From an uncultured Actinomycetota bacterium (GTDB lineage: Bacteria; Actinomycetota; Actinomycetes; Actinomycetales; Microbacteriaceae), in NCBI GenBank assembly GCA_963803465.1, contig CAWDMS010000008.1:124903-188902 (forward strand): a stretch of DNA of 64,000 bases, given 5' to 3'. Below the pieces are notes generated by a model. The model was not told the origin of the DNA and searched no databases. It saw only the letters and a list, made by a program, of their open reading frames with translations. Both the position numbers and the translations under genes were made by a program. How positions within the stretch are numbered: the first letter of the stretch is position 1; every line of letters starts with the position of its first letter. This document shows positions 23,553 to 32,906 of this stretch, in pieces.

Positions 23553-24227
23553 ATGGATCGGTCGAGCGCTCGCGCATCCCAGCGCCGTCGGCTCCTCGCG
23601 GCTGCCGCCGTCGCTGCCGTCGCCACGTTCGCCCTCACGGGATGCCTGTTCGGCGGGGCCTTCCCCGATCGCACCGATGCCGGCGCGACCGCTGCGCCCG
23701 CCGATCCGCTCGCCGACGAGCCCGGCCCCGACACCGCGTGCCACGAGCACGTCTTCTGGGGCGGCGACGACGACAAGGGCGAGCTGCTCCCGTCGTCTGC
23801 GGACTATCGCAGCGGGTTCGCCGTGCCGGGCGTCGTCGACGGCTTCGACGTGCTGTGCGCGGCGAGCTGGACGTCCCTGACGAACGACTGCGAGATGGAC
23901 TTCGCCCGCGCCTACCTCGACGGCGGCGTCGACGGGGATCGGATGCGCGAGATCGACGACGCGCTCATGGCCTGGGCCGGCGAGCACGGCCTCGAGCGCA
24001 CCGACATCGGGATGGCCGACAACACGCGCAGCTTCGGGATCAGCGTGAGCGGCGACGGCGGCGTGGCGACGCTCCTGCAGTGGGATCCGGTGAGCCGCTA
24101 CGAGGGCGTCGCCGAGCTGCAGCGCGAGGCCGACCTCGCGGGCATCCCGCTCGACGGCGCCGACGTGCGCGTCACGTGGCAGGTGTGCCCCGCGCTCCAG
24201 GGGTGGGACATCCCGCCAGGATCGTGA
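23553..24227 (+). CDS. Lipoprotein, divergent member of the same family
   Basis: RRR signal, lipobox LTGC, DGFDVLC and AWAGEHGL match paralog motifs. Confidence 0.7.
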   Translation: MDRSSARASQRRRLLAAAAVAAVATFALTGCLFGGAFPDRTDAGATAAPADPLADEPGPDTACHEHVFWGGDDDKGELLPSSADYRSGFAVPGVVDGFDVLCAASWTSLTNDCEMDFARAYLDGGVDGDRMREIDDALMAWAGEHGLERTDIGMADNTRSFGISVSGDGGVATLLQWDPVSRYEGVAELQREADLAGIPLDGADVRVTWQVCPALQGWDIPPGS

Positions 24228-24244
24228 CCCGAGAGGAGTGGCGG

Positions 24245-24898
24245 ATGCGCCGCGCACCGCTCGTCGGCGCGGCCGCGTGCGCCCTCGCGCTGCTGCTCCC
24301 GGGCTGCGGGCAGCCCGCGACGCCGATGCCCGTCGTGTCGCCCGCGCCGTCCTCCCCACCGACCGCGTCGCCGGCGCCCGCGCCGTCCTCGGCACCGCCG
24401 GCATCGGAGCCGACCGCGGTCGACGGCGCGCCCTACTGCGGCGACGCCTTCGTGCTCAGCCTCGTGAGCGGCGTCGTCGGCTGGCAGGGCACCCCCGAGC
24501 AGCGGCTCGCGATGTCGCAGCCGCGGCCGACGTTCGAGCCCGCCGATGCCCTCGCGGGGCTCGACGTCGTCTGCGTCGCGACCTACCGCATGCCCGTCGA
24601 CGACGAGCCCGGGGTCGCCGTCATCTCACAGGCGCTGCTCGAGCGCGACGACGACGCGTTCGACGAGCTCGCGGACTGGGCGAGCGAGCACTACTACGAG
24701 TCGCGCACCCGGTCGGGCAGCAGCTTCGTCGAGCGCGAGGCGCCGCCCGACCCGGATGGCGGCTCGACCCGGTCGATCTTCTGGGCGCCGCTCGACGGCG
24801 ACAACCCCACGATCCAGGACGCGGCCGAGATCGCGCGGCTGACCGGAGCGGCGCCCGACGCGATCCTCGTCCGGCACGCCGACGTCACGCGGGAGTGA
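24245..24898 (+). CDS. Lipoprotein, two-Cys paralog family
   Basis: LPGC; YCGD, GWQGT, FEPADALAGLDVVC, IFWAPLDG. Confidence 0.78.
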   Translation: MRRAPLVGAAACALALLLPGCGQPATPMPVVSPAPSSPPTASPAPAPSSAPPASEPTAVDGAPYCGDAFVLSLVSGVVGWQGTPEQRLAMSQPRPTFEPADALAGLDVVCVATYRMPVDDEPGVAVISQALLERDDDAFDELADWASEHYYESRTRSGSSFVEREAPPDPDGGSTRSIFWAPLDGDNPTIQDAAEIARLTGAAPDAILVRHADVTRE

Positions 24899-24910
24899 GC
24901 GTGCTCCGCG

Positions 24911-25564
24911 CTACGCCGACCCCACCAGCCGAGCGAAGACCACGTAGTTGTTCGGGTAGGGGCTGCTGGCGTCGTCGCCCTCGTGGCACGTGATGAGCCG
25001 CAGCTCGGCGCCGGCCACCGGGTAGTACACCGCGCGGGTCGGGAACGCGTCCTTCGCGAAGGTCTCGGAGTCGTAGACCTCGAAGACGGCGGTCGACCCG
25101 TCCTCGCGCGTGACCGTCACCTCGTCGCCCTCCACGAGTCGCGGCAGGTCGTAGAAGACGCCGCTGTCGTCGGTGGTCGAGTTGACCTGGCCGAGCAGCA
25201 CCGATGCGCCGCGCTCCCCGGGCGTGGGCGAGCCGTCGTACCAGCTGGCGGGCGACCCCTCCTCGCCCGGCGGCACCTCGAGGGCGCCGTCCTCGCGGAT
25301 CCCCGTGTGGATGAGCGACGCGTCGAGTCCGATCGAGGGGATCTGCACGCTCACCGGCGCCGACGCATCCAGCACCGGGCCGTCGGCGGCGGGGGCCGCG
25401 CTCGGGGTCTCGACGGGCGGCGCGGAGGTCTCCATGGCGGTCGGGGCGGGGGCGGCGGTCGTGGGCGTCGGCTCGCCGCTCGTGGCGCACGCCGAGAGGG
25501 CGAGCACGAGGGCCGCCGCCCCCACCGCGAGGTGGAGGCGACGGCCCTTGCTGTGGTCGATCAT
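24911..25564 (-). CDS. Class F sortase (catalytic His position reads Gln)
   Basis: PVSVQIPSIG, WYDGSPTPGERG, VLLGQVNS, VFYDL, LRLITC, N.VVFA. Confidence 0.88.
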   Translation of the reverse strand: MIDHSKGRRLHLAVGAAALVLALSACATSGEPTPTTAAPAPTAMETSAPPVETPSAAPAADGPVLDASAPVSVQIPSIGLDASLIHTGIREDGALEVPPGEEGSPASWYDGSPTPGERGASVLLGQVNSTTDDSGVFYDLPRLVEGDEVTVTREDGSTAVFEVYDSETFAKDAFPTRAVYYPVAGAELRLITCHEGDDASSPYPNNYVVFARLVGSA

Positions 25565-25577
25565 GGTGATCGGTCGA

Positions 25578-26351
25578 TCAGTTGTCGCGGACCACGCGAC
25601 GACGCACGACGTAGACGCCAGCGGCGGCCATCAGCGCGAGCGTGCCACCGAGGGCGATGGTGCCCAGTGCGGCGTCGTTCGTGCCAGCGGCAGCGATCGT
25701 CGCGACGTCGGTGTCGACGCCGCCGGCCGGTGCGACCTCAAGGGCACCGCAGAGCGCGGGCGAGGTCGCCGCGAGCGGCAGCTCGGGGACGAGGTCGCTC
25801 GGGCTCGTGCCGGCCTCGGGCTGCGTGGCCGGGTCGAGGCCGTGCACGACGACGACCGCCGTGCCGGCAGCCAGCGCGTCCTGCGTGGCCTGGTCGAGCT
25901 CGAAGGTCTCCTCGTACGCGATGGTCGCGCCCGACGGTGCGGCCGCGAGGTCGAGGCCGCCTGCAGGGCTCTTGTCGGCGTCGCCCACGGAGAGGGTGGT
26001 GCCGATCTCGCCGTACGACGGGCCGCCCTCGGTGGTGCTGATGATGCCGTCGCCGTTGGTGTCCGCCTCGTCGCTCGGGCACAGGCCCTGCGCGCCGATG
26101 TGGATGTGCTGCACGTGCGGGTAGGGAGCGCCGTCGAACTCGGCGGCCAGGCCGGTCGCGTTCAGCGTGACCGTGGCCATCGTGCCCTCGACGTCGATCC
26201 AGACCTCGCCGGATGCGCCGCTGTTGTTGATCTCGCCGAGCATCGCCGAGTACGAGCCCTCTGCATGGGCCGCCATCGCGGGGGCGGTGCCCAGCGCGAC
26301 GAGCCCGAGCGCCAGCCCGGGGGCGGCGAGCAGCATTGCTGTCTTCTTCAT
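25578..26351 (-). CDS. Secreted His-motif protein with C-terminal sorting-like signal
   Basis: Signal peptide; PHVQHIH, DTNGDG, VVVVHG, ALCG; PAGGVDT then hydrophobic helix and RRR; directly upstream of sortase. Confidence 0.8.
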   Translation of the reverse strand: MKKTAMLLAAPGLALGLVALGTAPAMAAHAEGSYSAMLGEINNSGASGEVWIDVEGTMATVTLNATGLAAEFDGAPYPHVQHIHIGAQGLCPSDEADTNGDGIISTTEGGPSYGEIGTTLSVGDADKSPAGGLDLAAAPSGATIAYEETFELDQATQDALAAGTAVVVVHGLDPATQPEAGTSPSDLVPELPLAATSPALCGALEVAPAGGVDTDVATIAAAGTNDAALGTIALGGTLALMAAAGVYVVRRRVVRDN

Positions 26352-26410
26352 GGGATGTCCTCTTCCTTGAGTGTCGGGCGCAGGGGGTTGCGCCGTCTCC
26401 TGCGAGGGAG

Positions 26411-26437
26411 TTCGGGGCCGAGGGCATGGCGGATTGG
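26411..26437 (-). promoter_or_regulatory. SigK-like ECF sigma promoter CCAATCC-N15-CCGAA
   Basis: Read on minus strand upstream of the 26351 start; mirrored by a plus-strand copy. Confidence 0.6.
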
Positions 26438-26503
26438 AGACGGCGCGCCGCCGCGTCGGATCGGCCCCGCCCGGGCCGCCGTCGAGGGCGGCGACGGACC
26501 GCA

Positions 26504-26531
26504 CCAATCCCATTCGCGCTCGCGCACCGAA
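26504..26531 (+). promoter_or_regulatory. SigK-like ECF sigma promoter CCAATCC-N16-CCGAA
   Basis: Upstream of the 26569 start. Confidence 0.6.
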
Positions 26532-26568
26532 GACCCTGTGCACGCATCCCACAGATCGGAAGTCCGCC

Positions 26569-27177
26569 ATGCTCCGCAAGACCTGGATGGGCGCCATCGT
26601 CGTCGCCTCGCTGCTCGTGACCGGTTGCGCGGCCTCGGCCGCGCCCGCGCCCGAGAGCCCGAGCCCCGAGGCGTCGCACACGATGCCCGACGGCACGGTG
26701 ATGGCCGGCGACGAGCACGGTGCCCACGGGTCCGGGAGCGCGGAGCCCTCTGAGGCCGCCGGCATGATCTGCGCCGGGCAGGTGTCCGGCGCGATCACCT
26801 CGATGCTCGACCTCGAGGCCGAGGTCGAGCCGACGTCCACCTGGAACGCGCCGATGTACACGTGCGCCTACGACATCGACGGGGCGCCGCTCATCCTGTC
26901 CGTGCACGACACCACCGACCTCGCGGCAGGCGAGGCGCACTTCGCCGAGCTGCAGGGCAGCGTCGAGGGTGCGCGCGACATCGAGGGGCTGCTGGCGCTC
27001 GGCATGCCCTCGTTCACGACGGATGCGGGGATCGTCGCGTTCCTGCGCGACGGCAAGACCCTCACGGTCGACGCGACCCGCCTGCCCGCCGAGCTCGCGG
27101 GCGGCACGATGACGCGCGACGAGGTCGCCTACGCCGTCGCCTCCGCCGTGCTCGTGTGCTGGGTCGAGCACGACTGA
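26569..27177 (+). CDS. Lipoprotein with HTMPDGTVM putative metal-binding motif
   Basis: Lipobox VTGC; SHTMPDGTVMAGDEHGAH; three further Cys. Confidence 0.75.
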   Translation: MLRKTWMGAIVVASLLVTGCAASAAPAPESPSPEASHTMPDGTVMAGDEHGAHGSGSAEPSEAAGMICAGQVSGAITSMLDLEAEVEPTSTWNAPMYTCAYDIDGAPLILSVHDTTDLAAGEAHFAELQGSVEGARDIEGLLALGMPSFTTDAGIVAFLRDGKTLTVDATRLPAELAGGTMTRDEVAYAVASAVLVCWVEHD

Positions 27178-27297
27178 CGCCGCGGGACCGCCGTGATCGT
27201 GGCGGAATCGTGATCGGGCTCCCGGCGCGCATCCGGGTCGACCGCCGAGGATGAGCTGCACGGCGCCGCCGCGGCGCCGGCACCGAAGGAGCCCCTC

Positions 27298-27960
27298 ATG
27301 CGGACCATGCTCGCGCTCACCGGCGCCGCGCTCGTCGCGCTCGTCGGCTGCGCACCTGTCGCACCCGCGTCGACGCCCGACCCGACGGCCACGACCGCCA
27401 CCCCGACGCCGCAGCCCAGCAGCGACGTCCCGACCTCGCCCGCATCCACGGCGCCCGCATCCCCCTCGCCCTCGGCCCACGCATCCGACGCCCGCTACTG
27501 CGGCGACGAGTACGTGCTGCTGATGATCGGCTCCGGCCCGGTCGGCTGGGAGGGCACCGAGGAGGAGCAGCTCGCCCAGGCGCAGCCGGAGGCGTCCTTC
27601 GAGCCCGCCGAGGCGCTCGCCGGTCTCGACGTCGAGTGCGTCGTGACCTACCGCATCCCGACGGACGGCAGCCCCGGGGTCGCCGTCGTCTCGGAGGCGG
27701 TGGTCGCGCGCGACGACGTCGTCTTCCAGGAGCTCGAGGCCTGGGCGACCGCGAACGACTACACGTCGCGCACGGGCCAGACCGGCTTCGTCGAGCGCGA
27801 GGCGCCGCTGAACGCCGACGGCACCTCGACGAGGAAGATCTTCTGGGCGCCGCTCGACGGCACCGACCCCACGATCGGGAACGCCGCCGACATCGTGCGC
27901 CTCTCCGCCGCGCAGCCCGACGCCGTGCTCGTGTGGCACGCCGACTTCACGCAGGGGTAG
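27298..27960 (+). CDS. Lipoprotein, close paralog of 24245-24898
   Basis: LVGC; YCGD, GWEGT, FEPAEALAGLDVEC, FVEREAP, IFWAPLDG, HAD. Confidence 0.8.
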   Translation: MRTMLALTGAALVALVGCAPVAPASTPDPTATTATPTPQPSSDVPTSPASTAPASPSPSAHASDARYCGDEYVLLMIGSGPVGWEGTEEEQLAQAQPEASFEPAEALAGLDVECVVTYRIPTDGSPGVAVVSEAVVARDDVVFQELEAWATANDYTSRTGQTGFVEREAPLNADGTSTRKIFWAPLDGTDPTIGNAADIVRLSAAQPDAVLVWHADFTQG

Positions 27961-27985
27961 CCCGTTCGAGCCTGCCGCGGCGGCG

Positions 27986-29837
27986 TCAGCGCTTGTCGAC
28001 GACCTTGCGCAGATAGCGGATGCGGTCGCGCAGCTGCTGCATCGACGCCTGCGCGACCGGCGGGCCGCCGCAGATGCGCCGCGCCTCGGCGTGCACGAGC
28101 GCGTGCGCCTCGCCGCGCCGCTTCGCCGCGATCGCGACGAGCGAGTTGAGCAGCTGCCGCTCCTCGCGCATGTTGCGGTAGAGCGGCTCCGGCGCCTCCT
28201 GGTTGGGCGGCCGGTCGCGGATGCGCGCCGCCTGGCGCGGCTGCCGGCGCTTCAGCAGGTCGGAGACGTCCTCCGCGTCGAGCAGCCCCGGGATGCCGAT
28301 GAAGTCGAGCTCCTCCTCGGTCGCCGGCTCGACGAGCTGGCCGAACTCGGCGTCGCCGAACAGCACCCGGTCGAAGGTGGCGCTCGACTCGAGCGGCTCC
28401 CACGTGAAGAGCGCCTCCTCGCGGGCGTCCTTGTCGCCCTGCTCGGCCGCATCCATCAGGTCGTCGTCGAGCAGCTGGTCGTCGGCCTGCTCGCGGTCGA
28501 GCGCATGGTCGCGCTGCCGCTCGAGCTCCGCCGCGAGCGTGAGCAGCGGCGGCACCGACGGCAGGAAGACGGTCGCCACCTCGCCGCGGCGGCGGGAGCG
28601 CACGAAGCGGCCGATCAGCTGCGCGAAGAACAGCGGCGTCGACGAGCTCGTCGCGTAGACGCCCACGGCGAGCCGCGGCACGTCGACGCCCTCCGACACC
28701 ATCCGCACCGCGACCATCCACCGCTGCGTCCCCTGCGAGAAGGCGGTGATGCGGTCGCGATGCGCCGGCGTCGTCGCGAGAGCACGACCGTCGGCTCCTC
28801 CCCCGCGATGTCGCGCAGCAGCTGCGCGTACTGGCGCGCCTGGGCCTGGTCGGTCGCGACCACCAGGCCGCCCGCATCCGGCACCGTCTGCCGCACGTGG
28901 CCGAGCCGCACGTCCGCGCTGCGCAGCACCTGCTGGATCCACGCGCCGCCCGGGTCGAGCGCGGTGCGCCAGGCGCCGTTCGTGATGTCCTTCGTGTCGC
29001 CGTGGCCGAGCGTCGCCTTCATCTCGTCGCCCATCGACGTGCGCCACTGCATCGTGCCGGCGTAGGCCATGAAGAGCACCGGGCGCACGACGCCGTCGCG
29101 CAGCGCGCGGTCGTAGCCGTAGGCGTAGTCGGTGCGCGAGAGGCGGATGCCGCGCTCGTCGCGCACGTACTCGACGAACGGGATGGGCGAGGTGTCGCTG
29201 CGGAACGGCGTGCCCGGTGAGCGACAGTCGGCGGGCGGCCGGGCCGAACGCCTCGAGCACCGCGTCGCCCCAGCTGAGCGCGTCGCCGGCGTGGTGCACC
29301 TCGTCGAGGATCACGAGGCGTCGGCGCGGAGCGCGTGATGCGCTCGTGCAGCGGCGGCCGGGCGGCGACCTGCGCGTAGGTGACGACGACGCCGTGGAAC
29401 TGCCGCGGGTAGTCGCCGTCGCCGTTGCAGAAGTCGCGGGTCGAGGCGGATGCCCGCCCGGTGCGCGGCATCGGCCCACTGCTGCTTGAGGTGCTCGGTG
29501 GGGGCGACGACGGTGATGCGGTCGACGGCGCCGCGGCGAGCAGCTCGGAGGCGAGCCGGAGCGCGAAGGTCGTCTTGCCGGCGCCCGGGGTGGCGGCGGC
29601 GAGGAAGTCGCGCGGCTCGGTGCGCGAAGTACTGCGGTCGAGCGCCTCCTGCTGCCAGGCGCGCAGCGGCTGCGCGGTGCCCCACGCGGCGCGCTCGGGG
29701 TAGGTCGGCGGCAGGTGATCGGCGGCGTAGGTGCCGAAGTGCGGGCCCTGCTCCGCGGGCTGCCGCTGCGCCATGTGCTGCAGCCCCGGCTGCCCGGCGT
29801 ACGCCCCGAACGGGGGCTGGGCGGGGTGGCTGGTCAC
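27986..29837 (-). CDS. Superfamily II DEAD/DEAH-box helicase (several apparent frameshifts)
   Basis: LRAWQQEAL, ATPGAGKTT, LDEVHH, MVSEGVDVPRL, Q.IGRFVR across frames; TACGAT 7 nt before GTG. Confidence 0.85.
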
Positions 29838-29907
29838 TCGCTCCATCGTAGGCGCGGCAGCCCACGCCCGCCGCCTGCGCGTGTCGCGCATCCGCCCGCT
29901 CTGCACT

Positions 29908-29970
29908 CTCAACCGGCTGGTTGGTATCAGGAGGTGAATATGCCCTCGAGCGACCAACTGGCCGGTTGAG
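29908..29970. repeat. 63-bp palindromic repeat, subfamily B
   Basis: CTCAACCGGCTGGTTGG...CCAACTGGCCGGTTGAG. Confidence 0.9.
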
Positions 29971-30016
29971 ACCGGGGATCGTCGCGGATCCAGGGGTCTG
30001 CGCCTAGGCTGACCGC

Positions 30017-30788
30017 ATGCACTACCTGCTCGGTCTCGCCGCACTCGTCATGGGTGCCGTCATCGCCACCCGCCGCACGCGGCCGACCTGGTTCGTCGTG
30101 ACGACGAGCGTGCTCGTGGGGCTGGGCGCGCTGCTCGCGATCCTCAGCTACACCCGTGTCACCGACTCGCTCGGGTTCCTGCCGAACAGCATCGTCGGCT
30201 GGATCTTCGTCGGCCTGTCGATCATCACGATGCTCGCGTCGATCTTCGTGCTCGAGCGCCGCGGCGAGCGCGGCGAGGAGCTGCCGCCGCTCATCGGCGA
30301 CAACCCCTTCGACGGCGACACGGACGACGCCGACGACCCCGCGGTCGGCGTGCACCGGCCGACGTCGCAGGACGGCGTGCCCGGCTCCGACGCCGACGCC
30401 ATCCCCGACGACCCGGCTCCCATCGCCACCGACGGCGTCGCGACGCTCGAGGCCGCGATGCGCGAGCCCGACCGGCGACCAGGCGGCGGCGCCGCGCGCG
30501 CATCCCACGGCAGCACGCCGTCGCAGCGTCGGAAGCACGCCGGCGCCGACCACCACGGAGGGCAGCATGACCGACAGCACCACCGCATCCGGATCCCACG
30601 GCGACGCCGACGCCGAGGCGCACGCCGACGGGCACCTCGCACCCCGGCCCGAGCGCCGGCGCGCAGGACGGCACGCGGTCACCGGCGCCGACCCCGACAT
30701 CGCGACCTCCCCGGCCGAGACCGACGTCGACGCCTCGCCCGAGGGCGACGTGGGCGCGCACGACCCGGACGGCACCGCCCGCGCCTGA
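30017..30788 (+). CDS. Membrane protein with acidic disordered tail (probable frameshift near 30480)
   Basis: Three N-terminal hydrophobic segments; TAGGCT 6 nt before ATG; tail continues in ORF ending at 30788. Confidence 0.55.
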
Positions 30789-30814
30789 CGCGCATCCACT
30801 CGGGCCTCAGCGCG

Positions 30815-30856
30815 GTACGACGACGACGCCCGCCGGATCACCGGCGGGCGTCGTGC
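30815..30856. terminator. Terminator-like hairpin, identical 42-bp copy at 32249-32290
   Basis: ACGACGCCCGCCGG-ATCA-CCGGCGGGCGTCGT 14-bp stem between convergent genes. Confidence 0.75.
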
Positions 30857-30873
30857 TGATCAGCCCCGAAGGG

Positions 30874-32037
30874 TCAGGCGACCCCGAGGGCGCGCGCGAT
30901 GACGAGCAGCTGCACCTCGCTCGTGCCCTCGCCGATCTCGAGGATCTTCGAGTCGCGGAAGTGACGGGCCACCGCATACTCGTTCATGAAGCCGTTGCCG
31001 CCGAGGATCTGGGTCGCGTCGCGCGCGTTGTCCATGGCCGCGTCGCTGGCCGTCAGCTTGGCGAGCGCCGCCTCCGTCTTGAAGGGCTTGCCCGCATCGC
31101 GCAGGCGAGCCGCGTGATGCCACGCGAGGCGCGCGTTGTGCACGCGTGCCTGCATGCGGGCGATCACGAACTGCACGTTCTGCCGGCTCGCGAGGGGCTC
31201 GCCGAAGACCTTGCGCGAGTGCGCGTAGTCGATGGCGTCCTCGAGGCACCCCTCCGCGGCACCCGTGGAGAGTGCGGCGATCGCGATGCGCCCCTCGTCG
31301 AGGATGTGCAGGAACCCCGCGAAGCCGCGGCCCCGCTCGCCCACCAGGTTGCGCGCCGGCACCCTCACGTCGCGGAACGTGAGCGGATGCGTGTCGGACG
31401 CGTGCCAGCCGACCTTGTCGTACGGCGCCTCGACGGTGAAGCCAGGGGTGCCGTTGGGCACGTAGATGGTCGAGATCTCCTTGCGGCCGTCCTGCTCGCC
31501 GGTCACGGCGGTGACCGTGACGAACCGGGTGATCGGGGTGCCGGAGTTGGTGATGAACTGCTTCGCGCCGTTGATCACCCACTCGTCGCCCTCCAGGCGC
31601 GCGGTGGTGCGGGTGGCGCCCGCGTCCGAACCGGCCTCCGGCTCGGTGAGGCCGAAGCCGGCGAGCGCGGCGCCCGAGAGCAGGTCGGGCAGCAGCTCGG
31701 CCTTCTGCTCGTCGCTGCCGAAGCGGAAGATCGGCATCGCGCCCAGGCTCACGCCCGCCTCGAGGGTGATCGCGATCGACTGGTCGACGCGCGCGAGCGC
31801 CTCGATCGCCAGGCAGAGCGCGAAGTAGTCGCCGCCTTGGCCGCCGTGCTCCTCCGGGAAGGGGATCCCGAACAGGCCCATCTCGCCCATCCGCGCCACG
31901 ACGTCCATCGGGAGCGTCTTCGTGCGGTCCGCCTCGTAGGAGACCGGCGCGACCACCCGGTCCGCGAAGTCGCGCACCGCCTCGGCGAGCGCCAGCTCGT
32001 CCTCGCTCAGCTGGTAGGTGGCCAGATCGATCGTCAT
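30874..32037 (-). CDS. Acyl-CoA dehydrogenase
   Basis: FGLTEPEAGSDA, INGAKQFITN, R.VFG, QILGGNG, EIGEGTSEVQ. Confidence 0.95.
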   Translation of the reverse strand: MTIDLATYQLSEDELALAEAVRDFADRVVAPVSYEADRTKTLPMDVVARMGEMGLFGIPFPEEHGGQGGDYFALCLAIEALARVDQSIAITLEAGVSLGAMPIFRFGSDEQKAELLPDLLSGAALAGFGLTEPEAGSDAGATRTTARLEGDEWVINGAKQFITNSGTPITRFVTVTAVTGEQDGRKEISTIYVPNGTPGFTVEAPYDKVGWHASDTHPLTFRDVRVPARNLVGERGRGFAGFLHILDEGRIAIAALSTGAAEGCLEDAIDYAHSRKVFGEPLASRQNVQFVIARMQARVHNARLAWHHAARLRDAGKPFKTEAALAKLTASDAAMDNARDATQILGGNGFMNEYAVARHFRDSKILEIGEGTSEVQLLVIARALGVA

Positions 32038-32248
32038 CGTGTCTCCCGTTGTCCGTGGATGCGCCCCGGTGCGCGGGATCCGGCCGGTCGGGTCTCGACC
32101 ACCGCGCCCCGCACTGGGCGCTGGCGCAAGCATGCCAGCATCCGCGCCTCGCTTCGACTCCTGGCCCGGCGGTCGGCGCCGCCGACGTCGGTGGTCGCGC
32201 GCGACCCGGACCGCAGCACCCGCGACCGACGCGCATCCGCACTGCTCA

Positions 32249-32290
32249 GTACGACGACGACGCCCGCCGGATCACCGGCGGGCGTCGTGC
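32249..32290. terminator. Terminator-like hairpin downstream of cupin gene
   Basis: Identical to 30815-30856. Confidence 0.75.
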
Positions 32291-32304
32291 GTGTGCGGGG
32301 GCCG

Positions 32305-32775
32305 CTACGCGGTCTCCTCGCCCTTCTCGTCGACCTCTTCGACCCACTTCGGGGGCTCGTCGCGGCCGGCCTCCTCGTCGGCCTCGGCCTTGTCCTTCGT
32401 CTGCTGCACGATGCCCTTCGCGTGGTGCGTGGGCGCGTAGATCGTGTAGAGCCGCAGCGGCTCGTCGCCGGTGTTCTCGACGTCGTGCCACGTGCCGGCG
32501 GGCACCTGGATGCTCCAGCCGTCCTCGACCTCGTGCTCCTGCAGGTCGTCCTGCTCGGGGCCCATCTTGGCGACGCCCTTGCCCTGGTCGATGCGCAGGA
32601 ACTGGTCGGTGCCGTGGTGCACCTCGAGCCCGATCGACTTGCCCGGCTCGATCGACATGAGCGTGACCTGGAGGTGCTTGCCCGTCCAGGCGACGCGGCG
32701 GTAGGCGTCGTTCTCGGTGGTGGCGGTCTCGATGTCGAACGTGTTCGGCTTCGGCCCGTTGTCGTGGATGTCCAT
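32305..32775 (-). CDS. Cupin domain protein
   Basis: WTGKHLQVTLMSI, IGLEVH..TDQFLRI, VPAGTWHDV.N. Confidence 0.9.
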   Translation of the reverse strand: MDIHDNGPKPNTFDIETATTENDAYRRVAWTGKHLQVTLMSIEPGKSIGLEVHHGTDQFLRIDQGKGVAKMGPEQDDLQEHEVEDGWSIQVPAGTWHDVENTGDEPLRLYTIYAPTHHAKGIVQQTKDKAEADEEAGRDEPPKWVEEVDEKGEETA

Positions 32776-32844
32776 GCCCGCCATCCTGGCCGGGCGCCCT
32801 GAGAAGCACCAGGGTGCGGGCGCGGCCCCGCCCGCCGCCGCTCG

Positions 32845-32904
32845 GGGACCCCTTGCACCGTTCGGGACCCGGTGCACCGGGTCCCGAACGGCGGAAGGGG
32901 TCCC
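32845..32904. repeat. 60-bp near-perfect palindrome, family C, left flank of nuclease-like gene
   Basis: 28/30 arm match centred on GGTGCACC; ends 2 nt from the gene's stop codon. Confidence 0.92.
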
Positions 32905-32906
32905 GA

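Noticed and set aside
27986-29837. Programmed frameshifting or pseudogene in the helicase
   Set aside because: Multiple scattered indels with no slippery site; read error is simpler
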